DNA of 64,000 nt from positions 16,926,001 through 16,990,000 of the forward strand of contig CDPCPM010000180.1 in the NCBI GenBank assembly GCA_976551045.1, read 5' to 3'. The first letter of the stretch is position 1. Each line of letters begins with the position of its first letter. This stretch comes from Glaucostegus cemiculus (Eukaryota). Below, in pieces: positions 50,945-62,315 of this stretch. Position numbers and translations under genes: made by a program. The notes beneath the pieces are model-generated. The model was not told where the DNA came from. It searched no databases and saw nothing but the letters and a program-made list of their open reading frames with translations.

Positions 50945-51435
50945 ACCCATAGGCACAGTAGTTTGTGCTGCTGCCTCACAGCTCCAGTGACCTGCACTTG
51001 ATCCTCACCTTGAGCAGTACATGTTGACTTGTGACCACTGGTGGGTTAATTATCCCACCATGGGGAGGAGGTACAGGAGCCTGAAGACCCACACTCAATG
51101 TTTCAGGAACAGCTTCTTCCTGTCCGCCATCAGATTTCTGAACGGTCCATGAACATCATCTCATTATTCTTCTTTTGCACCATTATTTACTTTTGTAACT
51201 TAGTGATTTTTATGTTTATTTGACTTATACTATCCTGCTGCTGCAAAGCAACAAATTTTGCGAGATATGTCAGAAATAATAAACCTGATTCTGTATAGGT
51301 AGATAGCAGAAGAATTGGGAGAAGGGCCAGGGGAAATTGATGGGTATGAGACAGAGTAGGTGGAGAATGCCCACTGATGCACATGTTCGCTGACAGCATA
51401 GACTCAGTGGGCTGAATAGCCACCTCCCACATCAT
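50945..51435 (+). mobile_element. V-SINE with CR1-type tail, interrupted by Rex1/Babar
   Basis: TGCTGCCTCACAGCTCCAGTGACC...TGATCC; resumes GTATAGGTAGATAGCAGAAGAATTGGG; ends GTGGGCTGAATAGCC. Confidence 0.8.
51053..51292 (+). mobile_element. Rex1/Babar LINE 3' end (second subfamily)
   Basis: 51063-51152 translates GRRYRSLKTHTQCFRNSFFLSAIRFLNGP*; tail AATAATAAACCTGATTCTG. Confidence 0.9.
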
Positions 51436-52289
51436 AGTTAGTAATTCAAGCTGTACTTAACAGATTTAATTGTCAACATCACAACTTTTATCCTGAACCA
51501 AAACCCCCTGGACTTCCATGGCCCTCCAGTAAAAATGGCCTGCCTATTTGTAAATTTTAGTTCAAATCCAAAGAGGGGAGCCAGAATATTTCAGAAGGTT
51601 TTTTGTTACCCCAATCCTACAATGATACTAGATCCAATCTTTATACTGAAGCTGAGCAAGCCTGCGAGTGCTGGAGTGGCATCTCCTTTGTTCCACCTTT
51701 GTAATGACTGAGCAGGAAGCAAGCCTTTATAAATAAGAACGACTACACTACGAATACAGGCAGGAACATGCAACTATAATAATTGCATTTACATTGATTT
51801 AATGCCACAATAAAACATTATATCCAGAAATGTTTATGAATTAGTTCAATGCTTTCTTTGAAGATGAAAATGCCACATTGTTACCACCCACCCCTTCTGT
51901 TCCCCTATTCACTGGGGTGACCAAATTGCTGAAATGTTTTTTGGACTCTGCTGAGACATCAGATCTGGAGCAAATAAAGTCATTTTCTACTTGATTCAGT
52001 ACAGAGGAAGAGAATGCTCCAGTCATGTAAGAAACTAGGAGGCTGACAAACCCACAACCTGCAGTCAAAGCTGTCAGCTGAGGGGTTAAAGCTGGCTGCT
52101 ATTCCATTCTGTGAAAGGGGCTTGGAACAATAGCAAATTAGTGGAGAGGAAGGAAGCAATGGTCATGACAGCCATGATGGATCCATAAGTGAAGGAAAAA
52201 TCCAGCACCAGCTAAAATAACCAATTCCACAATCAAGTCATTCTTTTTCCTTTTTTAAAATGTTAGTTCTTTAAGGAAAGGGGAAAGAA

Positions 52290-52392
52290 AGTAAGATTTA
52301 TTTAGCACCTATCACTACCTTGGGATGTCCCAAAGGGCTTCACAGGCAATGGACTATTGTTGAAGCATAGTCACCGTTGTAATGTAGGAAAA
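52290..52392 (-). mobile_element. Deu-SINE 3' tail fragment
   Basis: TTTATTTAGCACCTATCACTACCTTGGGATGTCCCAAAGGGCTTCACAGGCAATG...AGTCACCGTTGTAATGTAGGAAA. Confidence 0.75.
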
Positions 52393-53874
52393 TGCACAAA
52401 GGTCTGTTCGATGTACGATTGGTACAAGAGTTTGCGAAAGCACAGTTATTATTCATTATGTTAATGAAGTCCACATGTGCCCAGGTGGTAGCGGACGTGA
52501 ATGATGACCTTTCAATGCACTCGGCCAACAGCAATTTTTGAACTTCAATTGAGTTGAGTTTTGACAAAAAGATGAAACACTGGTGTACCATAGCACTCCT
52601 TCTTGGGGAGGAGGGGACGGCCAGAAGAGAAAGAAAAGCTAGTGGGATAAGCAAAGCAAGTTGATTCTCATAACATAGTTTTTTTCTGTTTTGAAGCCCA
52701 CATGCAAGTGATCACCCCAATTTTTTTAGATCACAACAAAATGAGTAGTTTTCAAACATTTTCTTTTTTTTTGCACTTCTGCTTTAGTCAAACACTTGGT
52801 TTTATGTGAGCCTCATGTGGTTCACCTTGACTATAATATAACAGAAGGCTATCTCCCAATATAACAAAAGTGAAGGATTCAAGCATTAGCACAGAACAAC
52901 TTTGATAGCAAAAGAAAGAATCAAACAGGCTGCATAAATTTGAAGGCTTTCAAGTGAGGCAGAACCCATGGACTAAATACATCAGTTGGATAAAATGAAT
53001 CAGATCAAGCAACATAGCCTGTATCACAAGCAGTTTTATGCCTTGAGCAATGGCATTCAGCTCTCCACTGTTCCAGTTTTGCTGTGGAAAGATGGAATTG
53101 TTTGATTTAAAACCCGATCCCTTTCAGTTCTGTCGATGAAAGAAAACCTCACTCAGTAACAATTGGACAGACCAAATGCTAAATTTAAACTCAAAAAGGT
53201 TCTTCGAAATGTTAAATTCCTCCATCTTCTTTATTTACTGAAAAAGTTATCCAGTTTACACTGTAATTATGTTAAATATAAATCAATAATTTTGGTTGTT
53301 TAGCAACTGAACTCAAGCCCAACAGAAACACCCACATTATGTCAACAGAGTCGAGATAGAATGCAAAATTATAGCACAGGTAAGCAAGATATTTCGAAAA
53401 CAATGCACACTTTTGTTTTGCCCTGCACAACTAACTATTGATCAATCACTGTGCACACAAAAGAAAAAAGCTCTCCCTCTGCAAGCTATGAAAATAATTT
53501 AAAACTTATACAATTTAAACATTTGGTTCTGGTTTGTACAAGTTAATGAAATTTCAAAACTCAATCAAGATCCATTTAAATTGATTCCTACTTGGGCCAG
53601 TGTATTCAAATCAATGTTAGTCACAACTATAGCAAACAAACAGTAAAGATTTGCCATGGTTATGACTGTACCCAGACAAATAGTCCAAGTTCCTCCCAAA
53701 TGACCTTTGTTTTACATGCACGAAGTTACCTCTACATTTCTGGGAATGTAAATTTATTCCATTTAACCATTCCTGATGCATACTCACCTTAGAAACAGAA
53801 GGCTTGAAAAGAATGCTTTCAAGTCCTACTAAAGACACTTAAGCACAAAATCTAGACTAGCATTCATATCTGAT

Positions 53875-54125
53875 GAAAAGGCAATTCTGCATGGATGGGG
53901 TGTTGCAATGAGATGTTAAGCAGAGGTCCAGTCTGCTCTCTCAACTGGATGAAAGATCTCAGTACACCACTTGAAATATATAGTAGGGAAAACATGCATC
54001 CAGGCCAACATTTAACCCAGAAACATATCACGTCATTATCTACATAAATTTAGTCTAAAACAGTGACTATATTCTGGTTATATAATTTGATGGCTGCTAG
54101 GTGCATTAGGAGGAAAATAGTATAA
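53875..54125 (+). mobile_element. Deu-domain SINE fragment
   Basis: ATGAGATGTTAAGCAGAGGTCCAGTCTGCTCTCTCAACTGGATGAAAGATCTC...CCAGGCCAACATTT...ACAGTGACTA. Confidence 0.75.
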
Positions 54126-54399
54126 CACCAGTCAAGCACCCACTGTTCCGCTCAACCAGACTATGTTGTATGTACAAAGACGACAAAGGTCTGCAAAGTC
54201 AGGTTGGGAACTACCAAGGATTTTTGGGCACTAGTTTGTAGAAATTCTAAGAGAACATATACTCATCTTTCAATTATCCAGTTCACTTACTCAGACTCTG
54301 AGACTTCACCCAATAAAGCAAACATTCTGCTTGCTCAGTTCTATTCCAGCATGTGTCCATTAGGTACAATTTGAAACAGTACAAAAGAAAATTAGTAAA

Positions 54400-54710
54400 A
54401 ACAGGAGAAGACCATCCAACCACTTAAACCTGCTGCTCATGAAAGATCTTCTACCTCACTGCCACTTTCCTACATGAACCCCATAAACTCTTGATTCTTG
54501 TAATATTTGAGAATTATTATTCTCCACCTTGAATATACTCAGCAGATGAGTCTCCACAGCTCTCTGGGGTACAGAATTCTGAAGATTTATTACTCTCTTC
54601 CCTGCCCTGATTGGCCAACCCCTTATTTTGAGCATGACCCCTGGTTCTAGTCAACCCAACTGGGGAAATATCCCTCTTGCACTGACTATATCAAGCCCAA
54701 AAGAATTTTG
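54400..54710 (-). mobile_element. Old CR1 3' fragment
   Basis: CTTGAATATACTCAG..CTCCACAGCTCTCTGGGGTACAGAATTC..TGACCCCTGGTTCTAG. Confidence 0.75.
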
Positions 54711-55989
54711 TACCTTTGATTTTCCAAATGTAAAACTGCAAGTCAATAATAGAAATGGTCTGCAGTTGCCAATACTTCCTTGGTTCTTCTTTGCAAACAT
54801 ATGAACTCTACTACCAAGGGGTAGCAAATGCATGAAGCTACATCATGAATATACCCACATCATACAGACAAATCTATTCTCTCTGTGAAAATTATGGAAT
54901 TTTTGATTGATAAGCAATGTAGAGGCATCTTCCACTGGTGAAATACAGTGATTCAAGAAGGCATCTTCCACCAATGATGAGGCTACCCAGGAATAGTTAA
55001 CATAGATGAGCCACTTAAAAAACAAATCACCAGATACAAGAATAAAAGACATTCTACTTTCTAACTTAAACCCTGGTTAAGTACTTCCAAATAGGAAGAA
55101 AACACAATGAATTTTGATAAGCACCTTGATTGATTTTCACTCTTAGTCTAATTAGAGCCTCAATAACTTTCAGAACCTTCTGCTGGGAGAGAGACATCTA
55201 CAAATTTGTAAACAAAGAACCTTTGATTGTCCACCCAGCTTACTGTTTTTACTGCAGTAATGCTTTAAGAATAACAATATAGTTCCTCCCAAGCCCTCCC
55301 ATGTCCATTAATCCTCAGGTACAAACAACAACAAAAATTCAAGTGGGAGAAATAAAGCTAGAGAGTTTCTCAGACCTGTTAAGGCAATTGAAACTACTCC
55401 GTTCCTGCTATTTACCAACAGGATTCCAAACTCTGGTAAGGGGTAAACCTCGATTCAAAAAAGAAATCTGGCGTTTAAAGGCATTCAGCACATCATTGTT
55501 CATCACAAAATTCATTGGAAAAATCCAGTTATCTAATTTAGTTCAGCCATTCCTACTTCACCCATTCAACAAGAAATAATTAGTTGATACAAACAAGCTA
55601 GACCCATCAACATCATTAATGCCTCAGTTACATCACCATTAAGTGTACACTTGTCTGAAGTACGAGAGATCCAGCTCATTGAGCCTGTTTGGGAGATTCA
55701 AAATATGGGCAATGAAGGTTTTGAAATCTAGCTCATCATTACCAAAACCAAGACATAGATTATACATCAATACCATAACATTAAGTTAATACAGTTAAAT
55801 CATTTTTAATTAAACCTTTAAGGAGTTTAATTTAGCCCGTTATGAAAATCTCCAAATTCCTGAGGACTCTTACTGATATATGGTTGATATATGGGTAAGA
55901 TCTCCATTCATACAGAATTGGCAGTAGTAATATAATAATCAATTGTTTCATCTCAAAGCAACGGATCCTATTTCTATACTGCAAATAGA

Positions 55990-56125
55990 AAACAAGGTCC
56001 CACATGGTAGGCTGGCTCAGAAGGTTAAGGCACAAAGGATCCAATAGGATGCTGAGGGTAGAGGTTGATTGGTGTTTTTCCAACTGGAAATCTGTACCCC
56101 AGGGATTGGTGCTGGGACCACTATC
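55990..56125 (+). mobile_element. CR1 RT internal fragment
   Basis: ACAAGGTCCCACATGGTAGGCTGG..AAGGTTAAG..GGATCC..GTACCCCAGGGATTGGTGCTGGGACC, parallel to 39675-39850. Confidence 0.75.
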
Positions 56126-56534
56126 ATACATAGGGGATATGTTGAGTAAGGTTGCTTCCTCCCAGAGTGAAATACTTTGTTGATTTGTATAAATTTTCCA
56201 ATTCAAAATGGTTGGTTCTTGTGAATAGTGATTTAAGGAAGATGGCATGAATAGCACTGATTTAGCCATTGCAAGTTTTCCCTTGAGAGTCAAACTTAAC
56301 AATGACACCAATCTCTGGGTTGTTTCACATCATTCCGTATATACAGGAGGGTACTCCATGCTGTAAATCATCCTTGGACCCAGATATGATTTTTGCATCA
56401 GTTATGCAATTAATGACGAACTTTCCATGCAACATCACTTCTGGGGCACTACAATAGTGACTTTCAGCACATCATCCTGGGAGTGAGCATCATTAGTGAC
56501 TTCCGGATCAACTAGGTGTACATGTCATAAGCTA

Positions 56535-56865
56535 AAACAGAAATGCTGGAAGAAGTCAGTCAGCCTAGCAGTGGAAAAAGAAACTAGTTATCATGCTCAT
56601 GTCCCTTCCTCAATCCAGATCTTTCAAATGCCTCAGTACTCATACTCCTCATCACCCAATTTGTCTTAACACAATCTCCATATAGACTTCTATCTTACAC
56701 CTCACTCCTCCTTTGAGAACTGTAAACCTGCCATTCATCCCCCAGTTCTGAGGGAGGATCGTTGACCCAAAATGTTGGTTGGTTTCCCTTTCCACAGATG
56801 TTGCTCAACTACCAGAGTTCTTCCAGCTTTTGTTTTTTGTTTCAGATTCTAGCATCTGCAGTTTT
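56535..56865. mobile_element. Penelope-like element: inverted terminal repeat, 3' UTR and terminal repeat
   Basis: AAATGCTGGAAGAAGTCAG (minus) ... CAGTTCTGAGGG..TTGACCCAAAATGTT..CCACAGATG..TTCCAGC..TCAGATTCTAGCATCTGCAG (plus). Confidence 0.7.
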
Positions 56866-56944
56866 ACTTGTCTTCATACCATCACATTGGATTAGTATTT
56901 TGTTATTCTTTTGGTTGGCATACACTCCATTCCACACCATCAAA

Positions 56945-57185
56945 TAAGATCGATATCTTTATTAGTCAAATGTACATCAAAACACGCAGTGAGAAGCATC
57001 TTTTGCGTAGTGTGTTCTGGGGGCAGCCCGCAAGTGTCGCCATGCTTCCAGCGCCATCATATCATGCCCACGTGGAACGTGGGAGGAAACAGGAGCACCC
57101 GGAGGAAACCCATGCAGCCTTGGGGAGAACGTACAAACTCTTTACAGACAGCAGCCAGAATTGAACCTGGGTCACTGGCACTGTA
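56945..57185 (-). mobile_element. V-SINE subfamily with Rex1/Babar-like tail
   Basis: Antisense of the 20856-21145 family, including GGGCAGCCCGCAAGTGTCGCC and CTTTATTAGTCAAATGTACATCAAAACAC. Confidence 0.85.
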
Positions 57186-58270
57186 AAAAGAAAATCCTGT
57201 GCTCTACCTCCCAATATCCAATTTTGTTACATTGCAGAACATATGGATGCTCCATTCACAGGTACCACAATACTTCCTATAGATTCTTATCCAAAATCCT
57301 TAAGCTCCTTATTCAATCAGCTCTGACAGGATTCCTCATCACTGGTGAGCTAGCTGTTCAAATGTTTTCTGTTTGCAGCCAATTGTATTCCATTTAAGGT
57401 AACATGTTATTTGCACAAGTACATTTTCATAGTTAAAATAGGCAATGCTTAAAAAAACCACCTTTGGCTTAAAAAGTAGAGTTTAGACAGACTGAAAAAT
57501 GTTATTTCCACAATATCTAACCTTATTATAATACTAACACAATTTCAATCCTTAACCCCCAAGCCCCATCAATCGTGACCCTTTGCTTCATCTTAAGCAC
57601 AACCACTCTTCAATAACTAAATGGATCCCCTTTTGGGAATCTGTAACACAATTCTAACTAACTACAAACCGGGTTATATAATGGCAAGAAAAGCTGATAA
57701 GCTTGACCCAGACAAAAAAAAGGCAAGGAAAATAGAAAGAGCAGAAGAGGATGGTCAATTGTCCTGTTGTTCACAAACCCCAATACAATTAGATAATGCA
57801 TCAGGTATCTAAAATGGCATGCTGGTCCCTAAAAAGTGATTTTACTGCTGCAAATTGATACTTTCCACCCCAACACCTTCCCCCACCATCACAAATCCCC
57901 AAAATTAGTGGCATATACTAAGCCCTCTTACAGCCATTGTCTCACTTTATTGTCAGTATACAGTGCAAGCACGTGCAGGGTTGTTTATTAATGGTCATTT
58001 TTCAAGTTGCTGAGCAACTCCCTCACTTCATGATGGAATGTTAGACTTGACAGAAACAGTTCACTAGCTCATAACATTTGCATTAGTTTATACCGAACTT
58101 TTAGATTAACCAAGTGAATTATTAGAAGAGAATTTAGAAGACCTTTCTGCTGTGTTCTCCGACTGGGGGTCTGCATGCTGATGGACTGTGTTCACGTGTT
58201 ATTGCAAGAGGTCCTTTTCTGTGACTGGTGTTTGAGCCTCCCCAGTGTCAAAGGAACAGATCTACTTGCT

Positions 58271-58285
58271 TCTTGTTATGCAAAT
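58271..58285 (+). promoter_or_regulatory. SOX-POU (octamer) composite-like motif
   Basis: TCTTGTTATGCAAAT, 13 of 15 identical to C(A/T)TTGTTATGCAAAT. Confidence 0.3.
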
Positions 58286-59604
58286 TTGCTTCACATTGGT
58301 CATTTGACTACATTGTTGAAGAATGATCCATCTTCCATGACTAAATGCAAAGTGCAGGTGCAGTGACTGAAACAAACTATGCTGCAGAGTGGCAAAACAG
58401 CACCATATCCCACAAGGCAAGTTGTGGAATTTGTGCTGCTGACAGCAGATATACAAACTTCTCCAGACATGGTGAAAAGGGGAGGAGGGAGAGGAAGGAT
58501 GTAATCATCCCACCGCAAGCCATCAATGGCCAGTTGATTATCAGAGACCTCCTTGGAAGAGTTCAAAAACCATCACTCGTGACACACTTTTCTAATTGTA
58601 AAAAAAGTCACAAAAATCCAGAAAAACGTTCAGGAGAAACTTTCAAGAATATGGCATGTTGTGCAGAAGAATTAAAAATTGCCAGTATTTTACCTATGCA
58701 TTGAATGTAACTTGAAGGAGAAATTATTTGTACATCCTTTTATTCAAAATGGGAGCAATGAGACACTGGAACAAAAATTTCTGGTAACTTTGCTCGTTAT
58801 CTCTTCCTCAAGCTCTTGGAGTATGAAATACCATTCCTCGTGGAATATTCTTTTTTGAGCAGGGGAACTCTACCTACTTCATTTGGGATTACCCTACATT
58901 GTGTGCCCCTAAGACAGGGGTGTTGACCAGTACCAGCCTGGGATGCCTGTTGGCAAAACTTTTGGCCAAGTCTTTGCCACCAACTCAAATGTAAAACAGC
59001 TTCTTATCTCCCACTAACTTCCTTTCCATCCCTGAACAGTGCCTCTCACCTCAACCCCAGGATCTTGTGTAACCCTCTTCCCATCTATTTTCTACCACTT
59101 CTCAAGCTCCTCCACTGTCCTTATCTGCATCCCAGACCTGATCCTAACCCTTTGCCAGAACAAACCAACTTCCTCAATCTCATCGCCTACCAGAGACTTG
59201 ACTGATTGCTACACCCTGCCTAAATTATCAGTGCAACTTCCCATGTTCTTTTTCCCCAAATGCTAGGCTGCTCTCCCAAGTCACAGAGCAGATCCCTTCC
59301 CACTTGTCCACACTCCAGCTACCACCCAAAAACAACTGGGCCCGAAGCACACCATCGAAAGCATGCCTAAACAATCTCCCCACCCCATCTTCCCCACTGC
59401 CCCAGCTTGGATTATATTGTGTATCAGAGAGCAAAGATGCACAATCCTGGTAATGCAATATAAATGAATTTTGCCAGAACAGGTCAATGTTAAAAATGAT
59501 CACCCAAGCTCAACCACAATAGCCCAGCAAATCCTTCAGGAATTTCCAGGGAAGTATTAACTAACATGTGCTGCTGAGGATGTAGTTCATCACGGTGTGA
59601 CCAA

Positions 59605-59945
59605 GTCTAGACTACACCTCCTCCCATGCTGCCTCTTGTAAGGACACCATCCCTTTCCCTCAGTTTCTCCGTCTCCAATGCATATGTTATCAAAATGAGG
59701 CTTTCCACTCAAGAACAGGTGTTCTCCTCCAGGAAACAACTCCCCTCCCCATCCCCTGCACTGTGGTTAACCTGGATCCTCTTTTTGCTTGCCAGCTCTC
59801 ACCCCACCACTCCTCCTCACCTCTTTATACTTGCCATCTCCCCTCTATTCCTTCAGTCCAGATGAAGGGTCTCAGTCTAAAATATCAGCTGTCCATTTCC
59901 CTCCACTGATGCTGCCTGACCCACTGAGTTCCTCCAGCAGCTGCA
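59605..59945 (+). mobile_element. Penelope-like element: RT fragment fused by internal deletion to the terminal repeat
   Basis: Translates LDYTSSHAASCKDTIPFPQFLRLQCICYQNEAFHSRT (PLE RT C-terminal motif), then CAGTCCAGATGAAGGGTCTC...GATGCTGCCTGACCCACTGAGTTCCTCCAGC. Confidence 0.85.
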
Positions 59946-60519
59946 GCATACTGTTCCATTAGGATCAGCGGCAATCAATAGAACAGAAGGTCCACTTGCT
60001 GTGTGTGTTTTCCACCTATAAATCAGTTTAGATTTGAGAGAACATTGTACCAAGTGGACGTTGAGTTCTATCAACATGGTAATAGCTACTATTGCCAGTT
60101 TCCAAAGAAGAACTACAGGTGGGCACTGATGGAATATTGGGATCAACGCACCCTTTCACATCCCATCACCCCAGAAGAATTCAGTGTAACTGAATTAATT
60201 TTCACAGATTCCTATATTATCCATGGGCTTTGCCTAGACTCCTTACAGGAGGGACAGTTAATCCCAGTTACAGCCAAGCCGATTGCAGTTATGCACATCC
60301 AAGCCAAAAAGTTATTCTAATTAATCCTCTTTAAGATCAACAGTTGAGGAGTTTAAAAATAAATTCTAAATATTGGTTTAGTTTATTCTGTGTATGCATG
60401 CGGCTGCAGTTCCAAACAATTAAACTAATCCTCTTGTATGTTTTCTAATGCCAATGTACTTAATGCAACTCCCTCTCCTGGCAATGCCATCTGTTTCCCC
60501 TTCCCCCACACCAAAACAG

Positions 60520-60627
60520 CTCCTAAAAGCTGCCACTAATTGCTCCAATTCTGTTATCCCAACAAGCTTTCAGTGGAGTTTATTAGAGGTCATTCACAGA
60601 ACTCACTCACACTGGCTTTTAGACAAG
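60520..60627 (+). other. Candidate 108-nt cassette exon (unverified)
   Basis: About 108-nt AG-free zone with branch-point-like CTAAT and a pyrimidine tract, CAG acceptor, AAG|GTAAGT donor, open only in phase 0. Confidence 0.2.
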
Positions 60628-61574
60628 GTAAGTATACAACAACCAGCCAGAGTCGCATAATTAACCAATTAGGGCCAATTTTGGAATAAAGCTGCAAGGT
60701 ATTTTTTTCATGCTTTAAATTATACCAGTTCAAGGGATCTGACCTTGCTTAGTGCCAAATGCAATGGGTAACAATGCAAATAAGCAGGAGAAGTAAAAGT
60801 AAAGCAATTATTTCAAGTGGAAAAGTTGGATTGGAATTTCATTTATTTTTTTTATATAGGAGTTTCAAGGAGCTCTTCCCCCATAATAGAAGGGCACAAT
60901 ACGTGCAAAGTATAAATATCATTCCACAAACAGAACTGGAGGCAGAACAGCTCAATATTTTCTCCACACTGCCATGTCCTTATTTCTATTAAGAAAATCG
61001 GTCCAGCTGCCCACAAATTCCACTGATGATCTGATCCAGGGTAGGGAGGAGAAATAGAGCACACAAAGTAATGCTCCATACCAGCTGGGAGAGGGCAAGC
61101 AACACAAGATGTGGATGGATGGAGGGTTCGTGTCAGCTATTGATCTGTGTTGCTGTACAAAAGGGTTTTATTTGTGGGGGAGGGGTCAACTATCTTTGGC
61201 GTTACTCCATGAAAATTGATCCTCATCCCCAGGCATGGAGTTGCAAATTAGGTTTAGTTTTGGTTTCTTAAAGACAGATAACTTAGTGGGAATTTCTTTT
61301 AAAAAATACAACACAGTTAGGAAGTCACTTCTTTATGACTTTGTTGAACCTGTAGAAATTTACTTGATGCTGCTCACTGGAGTTATTACTGGAGTCGTTG
61401 CCATTTAAAACACAAAATTTCCTGTTCTCCTCGTCTGTTCAGTGCTTCAATATTTGTTTGCATCATTAAGCCTCATATTCACACTGAGCTAAGACATTCA
61501 CCAAGGGCACTGGTCAAATGCCATGATTACACATTATACTAGTAAGATATGTAGAAAGTGAACGGATTTTCACA

Positions 61575-62315
61575 TCCCTTATAGAACAAGGTGATCCGCT
61601 ACTGAAGAACAATAAGTGTAGTCACTATCACGTTGGAAACACAGCAGCTAATTTGCTCATAGCAAACCCTCAAAAATATCAAGATAACAAAAGATAATTG
61701 ATGTTAACTGAGTATCGGCAAGAGCACCAGGGATGTCCCCCGGTTTTAGAACATATAACAGTACAGCACAGGAACAGGCCCATTGATCCACAATGTTCTG
61801 CCAAATTAAACTAATGATGCCTAATTGAACTAATCCCTTCTGCCTGCTCATGATCCATATCCCTCTATTCTCTGCATATTCATAGACTTATCAAAGAGTA
61901 CATGAATATGCAGAGCCAGTACACCTCTATCGTATCTGCCTGAACCACCAACCCTGGCAGCACATTCCACACACCTACCAGCCGGTGTAAAAACTTGCTC
62001 TGCACATCTCCTTTAACCTTCCCCACACCCCCCACCCTCAGGTATTAGATATTTTAACCTGGGAAGAAGATGCCAGTTGTCTATCAACGCCTCTCATAAA
62101 TTTTATAAACCTCTATCAGGTCTCCCCTGAAGATAGTTTTCTTGGATTTTAGAAGAACATCTACCCAAGAGAGCCGACAATACCGCTGTTTAACGCCTCA
62201 CCAGAAAAGGTGGCACTTCTGACAGTGCTGCATAGCCTTTCTACTGTCCCAAACTCCCTGCCTGGATTGTACTTGCGTGGAATGGGACTGTAAACCATAA
62301 CCTTCTGACATGCTG
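61575..62315 (-). mobile_element. Deu-domain SINE interrupted by CR1
   Basis: AAGTGTAGTCACTAT..GGAAACACAGCAGCTAATTTGC...; resumes GTTTAACGCCTCA..GAAAAGGTGGCACTTCTGACAGTGCTGC...GGGACTGTAAACCATAACCTTCTGAC. Confidence 0.8.
61748..62130 (-). mobile_element. CR1 3' fragment nested in the Deu-SINE
   Basis: AGAACATATAACAGTACAGCACAGGAACAGGCCC...TTTTATAAACCTCTATCAGGTCTCCCCT. Confidence 0.9.

Noticed and set aside
58345-58704. 119-aa ORF
   Set aside because: No recognisable domain or splice boundaries; length is within chance expectation
59010-59410. C-rich, strand-biased tract
   Set aside because: Probably a very old LINE remnant, but no diagnostic motif allows assignment
60003-60320. 105-aa aromatic-rich ORF considered as an endogenous viral fragment
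   Set aside because: GTG start, no viral or transposase motif I can recognise; a BLASTP/HHpred hit would be needed
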